A DNA stretch of 54,244 bases from Planctomycetota bacterium. Its GTDB lineage: Bacteria > Planctomycetota > Planctomycetia > JALXBF01. Positions 1 to 9,745 of this stretch are shown here, piece after piece. Position 1 is the stretch's first letter. The number at the start of each line of letters is the position of its first letter. The stretch lies in the NCBI GenBank assembly GCA_026991575.1, contig JALXBF010000110.1, positions 1-54,244 on the forward strand. Reading direction: 5' to 3'. Both the position numbers and the translations under genes were made by a program. The notes below the pieces were generated by a model, which searched no databases, had not been told where the DNA came from, and worked only from the letters and a program-made list of their open reading frames with translations.

Positions 1-2068
1 CGATGGATGCAATGGCGAAGGTTCGCTTCTGGTCTTCCAGCAACCGGCCCACCAGGTGATAGAGCAGCACGTAATGGCCGGTGACGATCGGGTTGCCACG
101 CAGACGATAGTACTGCTGCGTGTCGCGTAGCGGGTCAACGCTCACCGGCAGTCCTCCCTCAGCATTGGCAAGCAGTGAGCCGTCCTGCCCGCCGGCGCCC
201 TCGCCCGCGCGGGCAGCAGGTCTTGGCGGTTGTTGCAGGTGTCGGCGCGCAATCGCGTACACGGTCTCGATCACGCGCTGCTTCTCCGCGGCCGATGCCC
301 GCTCCCGGGCACGAAGCACGACCCTCATGCGCGCGAGCTCTTCGTTCCAGAACGAGTGCACGAGCTCTGGCTGACGGCTGCGCAGCAGCGACAGCTTCAT
401 GGACAGTGGCATGAGCCGACCGAGGGCACCGAGCAGCCCCTTCCTGGCGGCCGTCCGATCGGCAAAGTCCAGAACATCGACCAGCGAGAGAACTTTTGTG
501 ACTCCGTCCACCGTGCGCAGCTCTTCGGCCATCGCGCGCACGCGGTTGGCCAGCTCGCCGGTCAGCCCCTCGGGGGCGGCAAAGTTGACCTCAAGCACCC
601 CAGTTCCTCCCAGCCGCTCCTCAATGAACCGGGACGCCACGGCAACGGGGGCGCTCTGGCGAAAATTCTTCGTGAAGTCGGTCTCGACGCGCAGATGCAT
701 CCATCCCACCGCCAGAAACAGGAACAACGCGGCGCCGCCTGCCACCACGGCCCACGGGCGTAGCCGAACGAGCTGCAGGATGCGGCCCAGCTCACGAACG
801 ACGCGATCCTCACCGGGCGCCTTCTGCGGGTCCCTACCCAGGCCCGGGAAAAGCGCAATGCCCGGGATGACCAGTGCGGCAGACAGCCAGATGAGCATCG
901 AGCCAGTGGCCATGAGCGTGCCGAAGGTACGCACGGGCGCGATGTCGCAGATGATCAGTGAGGCGAAGCCGACGGCAGTGGTCGCGGCAGTCCAAAACGT
1001 GGGCACACCAACGTCACAAAGCGTGCGCAGCAGTGCCTCGGCCGCCGGCAGATCGGCGCGCAGCTCGCGGAACCGCACCGTCGCGTGCATCACGGTGGCC
1101 ACGCCGATGACGGTGATCATGGCGGTCAGCAGGGAGCTGATCATGGTCAGCGTAATCCCAGAGAGGTAGACGACGGCTTTGGTCCAGACCAGTCCGATAT
1201 GCACGACGATCAGCGGCATGACAATCCAGCGGGGGCTTCGGAAGAGAATGGTCAGGACAATGAGCAGCAGGGTGGTGGTGCCGTAGAGGAACGTGTAGCC
1301 GTCGAGTTCCAGGTAGCGAACGGCTTCGGCCACCAGTACCGGACCGCCGGCGATATGCAGCTGTAGGCCAAGCTCGTCGGCCGTGCGGCGCAGGTGGCGG
1401 TCAAGGGTTTCGACCACGAGCTTGCGCCGTTGTTTGCCTTTCCCGACGTCGGGCTTGAGCACGATAAGCAGCGCGGCCGTTCGCCCGTCAGCTCCGATAA
1501 CGACGTCGCGGTGCAGCTCGGACTCCAGGAGAGCGGCGCGGAGCGTGCGCCAGGTTTCCGCCGTGGTTGCCGGACTCTTGCCCGCAAGCTGCTGTCGAAG
1601 CTGCTCGATGAGGGGAGCTGGGTTGATCGGGTTTAGTGGGTTCGGGCTGGTCGCCAGACAGGTAACGGAGCGCAGCGGGGATTGGGCGGCGATGCCGTGC
1701 CGGGTCATGTACTCGGCGGCCTGCTGAACGGCTCGAACCAGACGAAGCTGGCGGCGAAGGCCTTCTAGGGTGAGTAGCTCGGGGTCTTCGTAGGCGACGA
1801 CGACGAGTTCATCACCGCCAAAGGTCGCCAGCGACGCAAGGTAGTCCTGGAGCAAGCGATCGTTGCGTGAAAAGAGGGTCTCGATCCGTGCGTCGAAGTC
1901 GACCCGGGTAGCCAACGGAATGGTGAGGGCCAAGAGCAACGCAGTCAGTGCAAGGACTGCCAAGCGGTAACGCACCAGGGCAGCGGCCACGGCCCGGATG
2001 GCCCGGTCCGCCAGGCCCCCCTTGCCACCGCCGACTTCGAAACAGCTTCCGGAGTGCTCCGCATCCAT
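1..2068 (-). CDS. MMPL/RND-family membrane transporter (3' end runs off the window)
   Basis: Translated by hand; absent from the ORF track because it is open to base 1. Reads MDAEHSGSC...VRYRLAVLALTALLLALTIPLATRVDFDARIETLFSRNDRLLQDY..TFGGDELVVVAY, followed by multiple TM helices with a TTAVGFASLII-DIAPVRTFG motif typical of MMPL proteins. Confidence 0.85.
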   Translation of the reverse strand, partial: MDAEHSGSCFEVGGGKGGLADRAIRAVAAALVRYRLAVLALTALLLALTIPLATRVDFDARIETLFSRNDRLLQDYLASLATFGGDELVVVAYEDPELLTLEGLRRQLRLVRAVQQAAEYMTRHGIAAQSPLRSVTCLATSPNPLNPINPAPLIEQLRQQLAGKSPATTAETWRTLRAALLESELHRDVVIGADGRTAALLIVLKPDVGKGKQRRKLVVETLDRHLRRTADELGLQLHIAGGPVLVAEAVRYLELDGYTFLYGTTTLLLIVLTILFRSPRWIVMPLIVVHIGLVWTKAVVYLSGITLTMISSLLTAMITVIGVATVMHATVRFRELRADLPAAEALLRTLCDVGVPTFWTAATTAVGFASLIICDIAPVRTFGTLMATGSMLIWLSAALVIPGIALFPGLGRDPQKAPGEDRVVRELGRILQLVRLRPWAVVAGGAALFLFLAVGWMHLRVETDFTKNFRQSAPVAVASRFIEERLGGTGVLEVNFAAPEGLTGELANRVRAMAEELRTVDGVTKVLSLVDVLDFADRTAARKGLLGALGRLMPLSMKLSLLRSRQPELVHSFWNEELARMRVVLRARERASAAEKQRVIETVYAIARRHLQQPPRPAARAGEGAGGQDGSLLANAEGGLPVSVDPLRDTQQYYRLRGNPIVTGHYVLLYHLVGRLLEDQKRTFAIASI

Positions 2069-2109
2069 CGCCCACGGCACCTGACCATGGCCCTCACCCA
2101 CCCTGCACC

Positions 2110-2138
2110 AACCTATCCTAGGCCACCACACCCCGCAA
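2110..2138 (-). promoter_or_regulatory. Putative sigma70 promoter for the MMPL gene
   Basis: TTGCGG-N17-TAGGTT on the minus strand, about 40 nt upstream of the ATG. Confidence 0.35.
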
Positions 2139-2539
2139 GACAGCCCCGACCAAGGGGCCGATCCGACGGCTCCTCGCCCGGATCGAAGCCCCGCTGACGG
2201 TGCGGCCTCGTGGCCGCGTTTGGCTGGTCGCGGACTGCTGCGGCCGTAGCTGGTGGCCGGCTTGCTTGAATGGCTTCTGTCCCAAGGGCGGATCGCAGGC
2301 CCTGTGCCTCAAAGTCATTCGTCAGAGCGCAGTGCCGGCGAGCGGCTCCTCCAGGCATGCTCGCGAGCTACCCTCCGCGGATCACGCCCGATGTTCGCGT
2401 ATCGGACCAAAGGGGCCTATCCGCTCCCGTGCACCGCGCAGACCAATACCCGGACATGCCAGCGATGAGCCGAGGTCGCGGCAGGCCCTGTGATTTGCCG
2501 GTGCAATTGGGGAACAAGGAGCCTGGGGCGAGGCTGCGA

Positions 2540-2830
2540 TTAGACGCTGGAACCGGCGGCGAGCTCTTTCTCCAGCGCGGCTAGTCGCACGCTCAGGCGA
2601 CGCTTCAGGCGGTTGCCCTTGTTCGGGTGAATGATGCGACGAGCAGACGCCTTGTCGATCTTCTTGACCGCGATCCGGTAAAAATGCCGCGCTCCGTCCA
2701 GATCCTTCTGCTCTACGGCTGCCAGTACCTTCTTCATGAACGTCTTGATCGTGTGCTTCACAGACCGATTGCGCAGGTAGCGTTTCTTGTTTTGACGCAG
2801 CCGTTTCTTGGCCGAGCGCGTGTGCGGCAT
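2540..2830 (-). CDS. rpsT: 30S ribosomal protein S20
   Basis: MPHTRSAKKRLRQNKKRYLRNRSVK...IDKASARRIIHPNKGNRLKRRL is the classic S20 signature; GAGAGG SD upstream. Confidence 0.97.
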   Translation of the reverse strand: MPHTRSAKKRLRQNKKRYLRNRSVKHTIKTFMKKVLAAVEQKDLDGARHFYRIAVKKIDKASARRIIHPNKGNRLKRRLSVRLAALEKELAAGSSV

Positions 2831-2893
2831 CGCGTCCTCTCGTGACGTTCCGTTTCGTAGCCGTCGTCAAACCTATTGCGGGAAGGTCCCTTA

Positions 2894-2922
2894 ATCCTTT
2901 TTGGCCACCGACCGAAAGTCAA
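2894..2922 (-). promoter_or_regulatory. Putative sigma70 promoter of rpsT
   Basis: TTGACT-N17-AAGGAT about 64 nt upstream of the rpsT ATG. Confidence 0.45.
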
Positions 2923-3340
2923 GCTCGGCCGGCAGCCACTAGGTCGGTGGGGCTGCAAACCGTGCGGCCAACCGCCGTCTTGCGCTTCGCCTCCTCAGCA
3001 CGTCTGCTTGTCCCACCGCCGGAACAGCCGAGCCAACCTGTGTCCGTGCCCGCCTCGGCCTTGGCAATCACCCGCCCATCCCGCAGGACTGCGCGACCGC
3101 GCGCGATCGTCCCCGACCGCGCCTCGTTGCCCGGGCAAGGGTGGGATCCGGACTCAGGGGAAGCCTTGCTTCTGACCAGGAGCGGTGGACATGGGCAGTT
3201 GGAGGAATCAGACCGACTTGGTGAACCAAACGACGCGCCGACACACCAGTCCCGTCGGAGACCGCTCTGCCGCCAGTCTCACTCCGGCCCCCTCACCATC
3301 ATCGATAGCCTAGACAGCCGGTCCCCAGCCCCCGCGTGCG

Positions 3341-3625
3341 TTACCACTCGAACGCCTCCCCACCGCGAAACTGCTCGATCAGCCGGTCGAACCGGCTCTC
3401 GTAGATTCGCTCGTAGACATCCACCCGTTCCGGGCAAAACCGCTCAACCTCCTCTCGCAGATTTGCCCGCTCAATCTGGATGTCCACCAGCGGATAGTCC
3501 GTCGAAACGATGAGCACGCATAGCCGCTGGACCTTCATCAGGAACCGCCTCAGCCACGCCTCGAGGTCCAGCTCCTCCTCTCCCTCCGACTCCCACAGCT
3601 CAGGACCGAAGTCAGCACACGACAT
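3341..3625 (-). CDS. Small acidic helical hypothetical protein
   Basis: 94-aa ORF with GGAG SD, co-oriented after pyrK, protein-like composition (DYPLVDIQIERANLRE...YERIYESRFDRLIEQFR). Confidence 0.75.
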   Translation of the reverse strand: MSCADFGPELWESEGEEELDLEAWLRRFLMKVQRLCVLIVSTDYPLVDIQIERANLREEVERFCPERVDVYERIYESRFDRLIEQFRGGEAFEW

Positions 3626-3702
3626 GGCAATGCTCCAGAGTGGGCTTCGTTCATCTCCATTCTAATCTACGTTGTCTGGCCCCGCCGCTCGATGACTGCC
3701 CG

Positions 3703-4557
3703 CTAAAACACGACCTCCGAAGCGTCAAAGACCGGTCCATCCAGGCAACAGCGGCGGTAATCGACGGCACCTCCCAGGCGCACGGGCACAGCGCAGCTGA
3801 AGCAAGCCCCGAAGCCGCATGCCATGGGCACTTCCAGCGACAGGTAGCATGGCACCCCGCGGCGCCCGCAGAGTTGTTGCAGTGCCCTGAGCATCGGCTC
3901 CGGACCACACCCGACGACGACCCAGTTTCCCGGGCGGTCCAGCCACTCGGCCGCCGCCTCCGTGACCAAGCCCCGCCTGCCGGCCGAGCCGTCGTCGGTG
4001 CAGAGCACCACTTCGATGGGCAGCCTACTGAAATCATCGACACAAGCCAGCAGGTCGCTGGAGCGCGCGCCGTAGCAGAGAACGACTGCCTCCGCCAGCT
4101 CGGTCCGCTGCTCTGCCCCGTAGTGCCGCACGCCGGTGCGTTCGGCTGCGAACGCGTAGAACGGCGTCTGACCGATGCCGCCGGCCACAAGGAGCAGATG
4201 ACGCGCCGGCGGTATGGCATCGAAGCCGTTGCCCAGCGGCCCCCAGACCACGGCAGTTTCGCCCGGCCGAAGTTCGGTCAGCAGTCGGGTTTGCTTGCCG
4301 ACGACCAGGTACACAATCTCGACGCCAATGGCGTCTCCGGTCGAACCGAGGCGTACGACGTCGTACAGGGCATACGGCCGTGCCAGGAGCGGGTCCGAGC
4401 GGCCGTTGGCCAGGCGGAGCATGAGGAACTGGCCCGGCCGGATCCGATCCGCCAGCCTCGGGGCCTGCAGCGCCATGCGCCACGTGTCCCGGGCCACGGG
4501 CCTGTTCCACAACACGGTGGCTTCTTCCACCGACCACGCTTGCATGCGGCGTCCCAC
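3703..4557 (-). CDS. pyrK: Dihydroorotate dehydrogenase electron transfer subunit (FAD/2Fe-2S)
   Basis: PGQFLML, RPY, GPLGNGF, VAGGIG, CGPEPM and MACGFGACFSC...CLDGPVF motifs; start may be the ATG at 4545. Confidence 0.9.
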   Translation of the reverse strand: MGRRMQAWSVEEATVLWNRPVARDTWRMALQAPRLADRIRPGQFLMLRLANGRSDPLLARPYALYDVVRLGSTGDAIGVEIVYLVVGKQTRLLTELRPGETAVVWGPLGNGFDAIPPARHLLLVAGGIGQTPFYAFAAERTGVRHYGAEQRTELAEAVVLCYGARSSDLLACVDDFSRLPIEVVLCTDDGSAGRRGLVTEAAAEWLDRPGNWVVVGCGPEPMLRALQQLCGRRGVPCYLSLEVPMACGFGACFSCAVPVRLGGAVDYRRCCLDGPVFDASEVVF

Positions 4558-4560
4558 AGC

Positions 4561-5337
4561 TTATCGTCCGGCCCAAGCTTTCGCTCGCCGGCCACGGTCG
4601 CCGCCGCGGGGCTTGCCCGTGGCGGCTGCCTGACGCAAAGCCTGCAGTTCGTCCGGTCGCAGCGGCCGGAACTGCCCGGGTTTCAGCAACGGGTCGGAAA
4701 CAGGACCGATCTTGGTTCGCTTCAGTTTCATGACCTTGTGCCCAAGCCGGGCGAGCATCCGGCGGATCTGCCGGTTATGTCCTTGGGACAGTACGATCTC
4801 CAGCCACCGGCTCTTGCCCTGCCGCTTCAGCCGGCGGACTCGGTCTGCCCGCACTCGACCGTCACTGAGCCAGATGCCCTTGGTCAACTTCTTGAGGTCC
4901 TCGTCGCTCGGCTCACCGGCCACCTGCACCACATACGTCTTCGGCACGCCGTGCCGTGGATGGGTCAAGAGGTTGGCCAGCTCGCCGTCGTTGGTCACGA
5001 TCATCAATCCTTCGCTTGCCCGATCCAGTCTTCCCACCGGGTAGACGCGCTGGGCGACGCGGGCAAAGAAGTCGATCACACGCAGCCGCCCGGACGGGTC
5101 GTAGTTCGTGCACAGCACCCCCTTGGGCTTGTAGAAGAGGAAATACACAAGCTTCTCGGGCCGCACACGCTCGCCATCGACGCGGATCTCTTGCTTCTCC
5201 GGGTCGGCTTTCGCGCCCAGCTGGCGCACAACCTGATCGTCGACCGTGACACGGCCCTGAAGAATCAGCTCCTCACATTCCCTTCTTGACCCCAGTCCTG
5301 CGCGGGCCAGGATCTTCTGCAACCGTTCCAGTGCCAT
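4561..5337 (-). CDS. rluB: rRNA pseudouridine synthase (RluB/RsuA family)
   Basis: ERLQKILARAGLGSRR S4 domain; catalytic motif PVGRLDRASEGL; GHNRQIRRM. Confidence 0.9.
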   Translation of the reverse strand: MALERLQKILARAGLGSRRECEELILQGRVTVDDQVVRQLGAKADPEKQEIRVDGERVRPEKLVYFLFYKPKGVLCTNYDPSGRLRVIDFFARVAQRVYPVGRLDRASEGLMIVTNDGELANLLTHPRHGVPKTYVVQVAGEPSDEDLKKLTKGIWLSDGRVRADRVRRLKRQGKSRWLEIVLSQGHNRQIRRMLARLGHKVMKLKRTKIGPVSDPLLKPGQFRPLRPDELQALRQAAATGKPRGGDRGRRAKAWAGR

Positions 5338-6628
5338 GGTGTTTTCCCTCGTAAGTGTCCTTTTGCGCAGCCCCGAGCCCGACAGGTCGTAATCCCGGGC
5401 AGCAGCCAGCCGCCAGCACGGCCAGCGCCGGAATCAGCGGGCTGCGCATCCTCATATCACACCAATACAGGACATGCACACCCGTAATCGTAGCAGCCAA
5501 TAGAGCCGCGGCGAGAAGCCAGCGTCGAACATGGCGGGCACCCGTCCGCGACAGCCTGACAGTGCCAACGGCGACCGCGACGTAGAGCGCGACGTACCAG
5601 ATCCCGCAGGCGACCCTGGCCGCGACCGCGTACCGATCACTTGGCATCGGTTTCCACAAGGCCCACAGCCGCTGGAACACGGCGCGGAGGAAGCCCCGTG
5701 AGTCGCTGAGGATCGTCTCAAACGCTCGGCTGTAGCAGTAACGGTCGTAGTAGACCTCGCGCTCCAGCCGGCTCCGGGGCTGGTGCCGCCGCTGCTGGAG
5801 CCAACCGACAAACTGCTGCCGCAGCTGCCGTTGCCAGCTGCGGAGCTCTTCGTCGCGGTAGTATGCATTCACCCCACACTTCTGTAGGATGCTATACCAT
5901 TGCGGATTGTTCCCCAACAGCGCCGTGTAGCCGCCGTGAGTCGTAAGGGGTACGAAGTGGCCGCTGAGCCGGGCGTTGCGCAGCGTCCACGGGCTCAACA
6001 CCGAGGCCATCCCGAAGAGAACCAGCCCCACGGCCCGTCCTCGCCGCGAAGCCGGCTCGGTAAACGCGTACCAGCCGCTGGCCACCGCGAGTCCCGCCCC
6101 CAGCTCGGGCCGGCACAGTGCTGCCACGCCCGCCGCGGCACCGGCCACTGCTGGCATCGCGCCTTTGCCGCCGGCAAGCGCAAGCCAGGCCATCGCCAGG
6201 CTCGCCAATGCGGTGGCCGCCGTTTCACTCATCGCCTTCCCTGACCAGTACAGCAGCAACGGATCTAAGGCAACGACCGTCCCCGTCAGCCAGGCCGCTC
6301 GAGGGCATGCGGTCAGGCGGCCCGACAGGGCTGCAGCGGCGCCGGCGGCTACGGCCCCGAGTATCGCATGGAGCACGGCAGCGCCAAGCCAGCGGTACGG
6401 GCCGAATGCCCAGCACGGCGCTAGCAAGGCTGGGTACAGTGGTGGCCGGAACGCACTGCCGCCGTAGGAGGCTTGGAACCAGAGCTGACGAGCATATCGC
6501 CAATACGCGTCCGGGTCGTCCAGAAGCGCTTCAGGCTCGTGCAAGGCCACCGACAGTCGCAGTCCCGCAGCAATCAAGGCAGTGACGACGACGGCCGTCA
6601 TCGGCACGCGGCCAGCCCCGTGGTTCAC
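5273..6628 (-). CDS. GT-C fold membrane glycosyltransferase (ArnT/PMT-like, GT39/GT83)
   Basis: First TM followed by DDPDAYWRYA, FRPPLYP, MSE, LCRP, PWTLRN motifs and many TM helices; overlaps the rluB start by 65 nt. Confidence 0.75.
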   Translation of the reverse strand: MNHGAGRVPMTAVVVTALIAAGLRLSVALHEPEALLDDPDAYWRYARQLWFQASYGGSAFRPPLYPALLAPCWAFGPYRWLGAAVLHAILGAVAAGAAAALSGRLTACPRAAWLTGTVVALDPLLLYWSGKAMSETAATALASLAMAWLALAGGKGAMPAVAGAAAGVAALCRPELGAGLAVASGWYAFTEPASRRGRAVGLVLFGMASVLSPWTLRNARLSGHFVPLTTHGGYTALLGNNPQWYSILQKCGVNAYYRDEELRSWQRQLRQQFVGWLQQRRHQPRSRLEREVYYDRYCYSRAFETILSDSRGFLRAVFQRLWALWKPMPSDRYAVAARVACGIWYVALYVAVAVGTVRLSRTGARHVRRWLLAAALLAATITGVHVLYWCDMRMRSPLIPALAVLAAGCCPGLRPVGLGAAQKDTYEGKHHGTGTVAEDPGPRRTGVKKGM

Positions 6629-6689
6629 CCGATTCGCCGTGGCCGTGTTGGGCTCAGCGGGTACAGCGCTCGTCAGGTTGGCCCTCCGG

Positions 6690-8075
6690 CTAGTTGGTCA
6701 GTTGCTCGAGTCGCCTGGCTACGTCGCGATAGCCGTAGTCCATAGCGGCGGTCTCCTCGTAATGGGTCTGCGCCTGCTGCAGCTCGCCCAACTCCTCGTA
6801 CGTCCGCCCCAGCAGGTAGTGCACCTCTTTGAGCTGGTCGGTGTGCGGGTTGGCCGCAGCCTTCAACAACTCCAGTGCTTCGCGGTAGTGCCGTTCGGCC
6901 AGGCGGTAAATTCTCTTGGCAAAGAAGCAATGACCCAGCCACATGAGGGCTCGGAACCGCTGGCGCGGATCGTTGCGTGCGCGCTGAAGCTCACTGATGG
7001 CCTGGTCGTACAGCCCAGCGCGCGCCAGCCGGATCCCGAACTCGCAGCGGAGCCGGGCATCGGTTGGCTGGCGTTCGACGCGGCGACGGTACTCGCGGAG
7101 CTCGTACTCGTTCAGTCGTCGCTCGGCGACTTTGAGCCGTTCGCGCAGGGCCGGGTCGTCGGGCGTGCGTTCCAGTGCCGAGCGAGCAGCCTCAACGTCG
7201 TAGCGGAGCCGATCCAGCTCGATCTCGGCCAGTTCCGTCTGCGCGTCCGGGTGCCCGCCCGTCGCGTGCAATGCCCGCTGCATGAGCTTGCTCGCCTCGT
7301 CCCAGCGGCGTCGCGCGCGCAGCAGCCGCGACAGCTCAATGTGCGCAGCCAGGTCGGCAGGATCCGCTTCGACACGCTGTTTCAGCTCCTCAAGGCGCTG
7401 CTCCGGCCGCGTCCGTGTCGCATCGGCGTGCGGGTGACTCTGCGCCAGTTGCGTGATGGCCTCGTGCGCTTGATCCGCCTCTTCATATTTGCCCCTTTCG
7501 ATCGTTTCCGCTGCCGCCAGGTCTTTGATCCGCGCACCGGCCTCCTTGTCTTCCGGGCAGGCCTTCTGCACGCGCTGCCAGCAGGCAATGGCCCGAGAGT
7601 ACTCGCCTCGCTTCTCGTAGAGTACGGCCAGCAGCCGGTTCGCAGCGACATCGTCCGGATCCGTCTGGACCGCGATCTCGGCGGTCCAGACCGCCGCGTC
7701 CAGATGCCCCATACGGTCCAGGATCTCGGCCTGCTGAACCAGGACGCCGACGTCCCAGGGGTTACTGGTCAGGATGTCCTCACACGCTTCGAGTGCCTTG
7801 GCCAGGTCACCGCGTGCCAGGTGCGTCCGTAGCCGGGCGCGTGCGCCGAGTGTGGCAACGGCCTTGAGTCGCCCGGGGGGTTTGTTCCCGTAGCGCTGTC
7901 GCTGGGTAGCTCGCAGCGCACGGCGGTAGATGAGCGAGTCGGGGCAGGCGCTGCATGCTTCGCGCAGCAGCTGGATTGCGTACTCGAAGTTTCCCTTCCT
8001 TGCAGCCTCCAGCCCGTGGACGTAGAATCGCTGAGCTTTGTCGCGCGTTGTCTCACTGCCGCCTGCCGACGCCAT
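6690..8075 (-). CDS. Tetratricopeptide repeat protein
   Basis: Repeated TPR-like helices (LAVLYEKRGEYSRAIACWQRV, FGIRLARAGLYDQAISELQRA, YLLGRTYEELGELQQAQTHYEE) and C-terminal DYGYRDV. Confidence 0.85.
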   Translation of the reverse strand: MASAGGSETTRDKAQRFYVHGLEAARKGNFEYAIQLLREACSACPDSLIYRRALRATQRQRYGNKPPGRLKAVATLGARARLRTHLARGDLAKALEACEDILTSNPWDVGVLVQQAEILDRMGHLDAAVWTAEIAVQTDPDDVAANRLLAVLYEKRGEYSRAIACWQRVQKACPEDKEAGARIKDLAAAETIERGKYEEADQAHEAITQLAQSHPHADATRTRPEQRLEELKQRVEADPADLAAHIELSRLLRARRRWDEASKLMQRALHATGGHPDAQTELAEIELDRLRYDVEAARSALERTPDDPALRERLKVAERRLNEYELREYRRRVERQPTDARLRCEFGIRLARAGLYDQAISELQRARNDPRQRFRALMWLGHCFFAKRIYRLAERHYREALELLKAAANPHTDQLKEVHYLLGRTYEELGELQQAQTHYEETAAMDYGYRDVARRLEQLTN

Positions 8076-8279
8076 AAGCTACCCTGGAACGAACGGTCCG
8101 TACTGTATCCATGGTACCCTGTGCCCGGGCCCTTGCAGGAGCGCGCTCTGCCGGAAAAGCTTGGACACCGGCCGCAGAGTGGCTGATGCACAGCCCGGGC
8201 ACGAGCTGCCCGAGAAGCTTACTGCACCGCATGGACGCAGCAATCGGTCCGAGCGCACCGAGCCGGAGTGCCACAGGCG

Positions 8280-9683
8280 ATGGCTGAGGAGATTGCCTAT
8301 CAGCGCTGCATCAACCCGGACTGCGCCGCCACGTACGCAGTCTCTGAGATTCTCTTCGGTTGTGCCCGCTGCGGTGACCTGCTGGATGTCGTCTACGACT
8401 GGGACCGCGCCGCGCTGCCCCGTCGGCTGGAGGAGTTCGAGGCGGCCTGGACGCGGCGGCACGATCCGCTGGCGTTCAGCGGCGTGTGGCGCTTTCGGGC
8501 TCTGTTGCCGTTCGTCGACCCGAAGCACGTCGTGACGATCGGCGAAGGGCAGACGCTGTTACGACCGTCGGAACGGGTAGCCCGCTACGTAGGCCTGAAG
8601 CCCGGGAGGCTTTTCCTGCAGTACGAAGGGCTGAACCCGTCGGGTAGCTTCAAGGACAACGGCATGACGGCATGTCTGTCGCACGCCAACATGGTCGGTG
8701 CCATCCGGGCTGCCTGTGCGTCGACGGGCAACACATCCGCCAGCCTGGCACTGTTCTGTGCGGCGGCCGGCTGGCCCAGCCCCATTGTCTTTGTCGGCTC
8801 CGGCAAGATCGCCTATGGCAAGCTGTCCCAGGCGCTGGAGTACGGCGCGCTGACGCTTCAGATCGTCGGCGACTTCGACGACGCGATGCGGCAGGTGCAG
8901 GCGGCCGCCAAACGGCTCAAACTCTACCTGGCCAACAGTCTGAACCCTTTCCGACTCGAAGGCCAGAAGGCAATCATGTACCGCGTGCTTGAGGCGCTGC
9001 GTTGGGAAGTCCCCGACTGGATCGTCGTGCCCGGGGGCAATCTGGGCAATGCCAGCGCGTTCGGCAAGGCGTGGCACGAACTGCGTGAACTGGGCCTGGT
9101 GGACCGCGTGCCGCGTCTGGCCATCATCAACGCAGCCGGAGCCAACACGCTCTACGCGCTCTACGAGCAACACGGACTCCGCTGGAACGGCGGTCGACCC
9201 GACATGGCGCTGGTGCAACGCTATTACGAGCAACTCGATCGCGAACGCAGGCGCGCCAACACGGTGGCCAGTGCGATCGAGATCAACCGGCCAGTCAACT
9301 TGAAGAAAGCCCTGCGCGCGCTGGACGTCTGCGACGGTGTCGTGCGCGAGGTCACCGATCAGGCTATTCTGGATGCGAAAGCACAGGTCGGCGCGGGCGG
9401 GCTCGGTTGTGAACCGGCGAGTGCTGCCGCCGTCGCCGGCGTCAAGAAGCTTGTCAGCGAACAGGTCATCGAACCTGACGATCGCGTCGTGTGCATCCTG
9501 ACCGGCCACCTGCTAAAGGACCCGATTGCCACGGTCGCCTACCACGGAACGGACCAGAAGCAGTTCGACGCCGTCTTGGGCAAACGTGGGGTCAGGCGGG
9601 CGACGTTTGCGAACCGACCGGTCGTTGTAGCCAACGACCTGGACGAGATCTTACGGGCGATCCAGCTATACGCCTTGCGCTAG
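8280..9683 (+). CDS. thrC: Threonine synthase with N-terminal Zn ribbon
   Basis: [19 protein letters not shown] (PLP lysine), [36 protein letters not shown] track start is 8268 (GTG), ATG at 8280 preferred. Confidence 0.93.
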   Translation: MAEEIAYQRCINPDCAATYAVSEILFGCARCGDLLDVVYDWDRAALPRRLEEFEAAWTRRHDPLAFSGVWRFRALLPFVDPKHVVTIGEGQTLLRPSERVARYVGLKPGRLFLQYEGLNPSGSFKDNGMTACLSHANMVGAIRAACASTGNTSASLALFCAAAGWPSPIVFVGSGKIAYGKLSQALEYGALTLQIVGDFDDAMRQVQAAAKRLKLYLANSLNPFRLEGQKAIMYRVLEALRWEVPDWIVVPGGNLGNASAFGKAWHELRELGLVDRVPRLAIINAAGANTLYALYEQHGLRWNGGRPDMALVQRYYEQLDRERRRANTVASAIEINRPVNLKKALRALDVCDGVVREVTDQAILDAKAQVGAGGLGCEPASAAAVAGVKKLVSEQVIEPDDRVVCILTGHLLKDPIATVAYHGTDQKQFDAVLGKRGVRRATFANRPVVVANDLDEILRAIQLYALR

Positions 9684-9745
9684 TCGATGCCAAGGACCGT
9701 CCCCTACCCCATTAGGTTGGCGAACGCTTCAGCGAGGATACAACG

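Noticed and set aside
2113..2358. 81-aa minus-strand ORF with a GGAGG-like sequence upstream
   Set aside because: Low-complexity translation with no motifs; it overlaps the putative MMPL promoter
2923..3340. Non-coding gap upstream of rpsT considered as 6S, SRP, tmRNA or RNase P RNA
   Set aside because: Only a short CCCCTGAG resemblance to 6S; no long rod structure or other conserved motifs, and no credible ORF
3640..5289. 549-aa plus-strand ORF and other long antisense ORFs (e.g. 6582-7832, 10773-12119, 18658-19992, 24899-26287, 29526-30704, 50300-51340)
   Set aside because: They lie opposite well-supported genes and show no motifs; shadow ORFs are expected at this GC content
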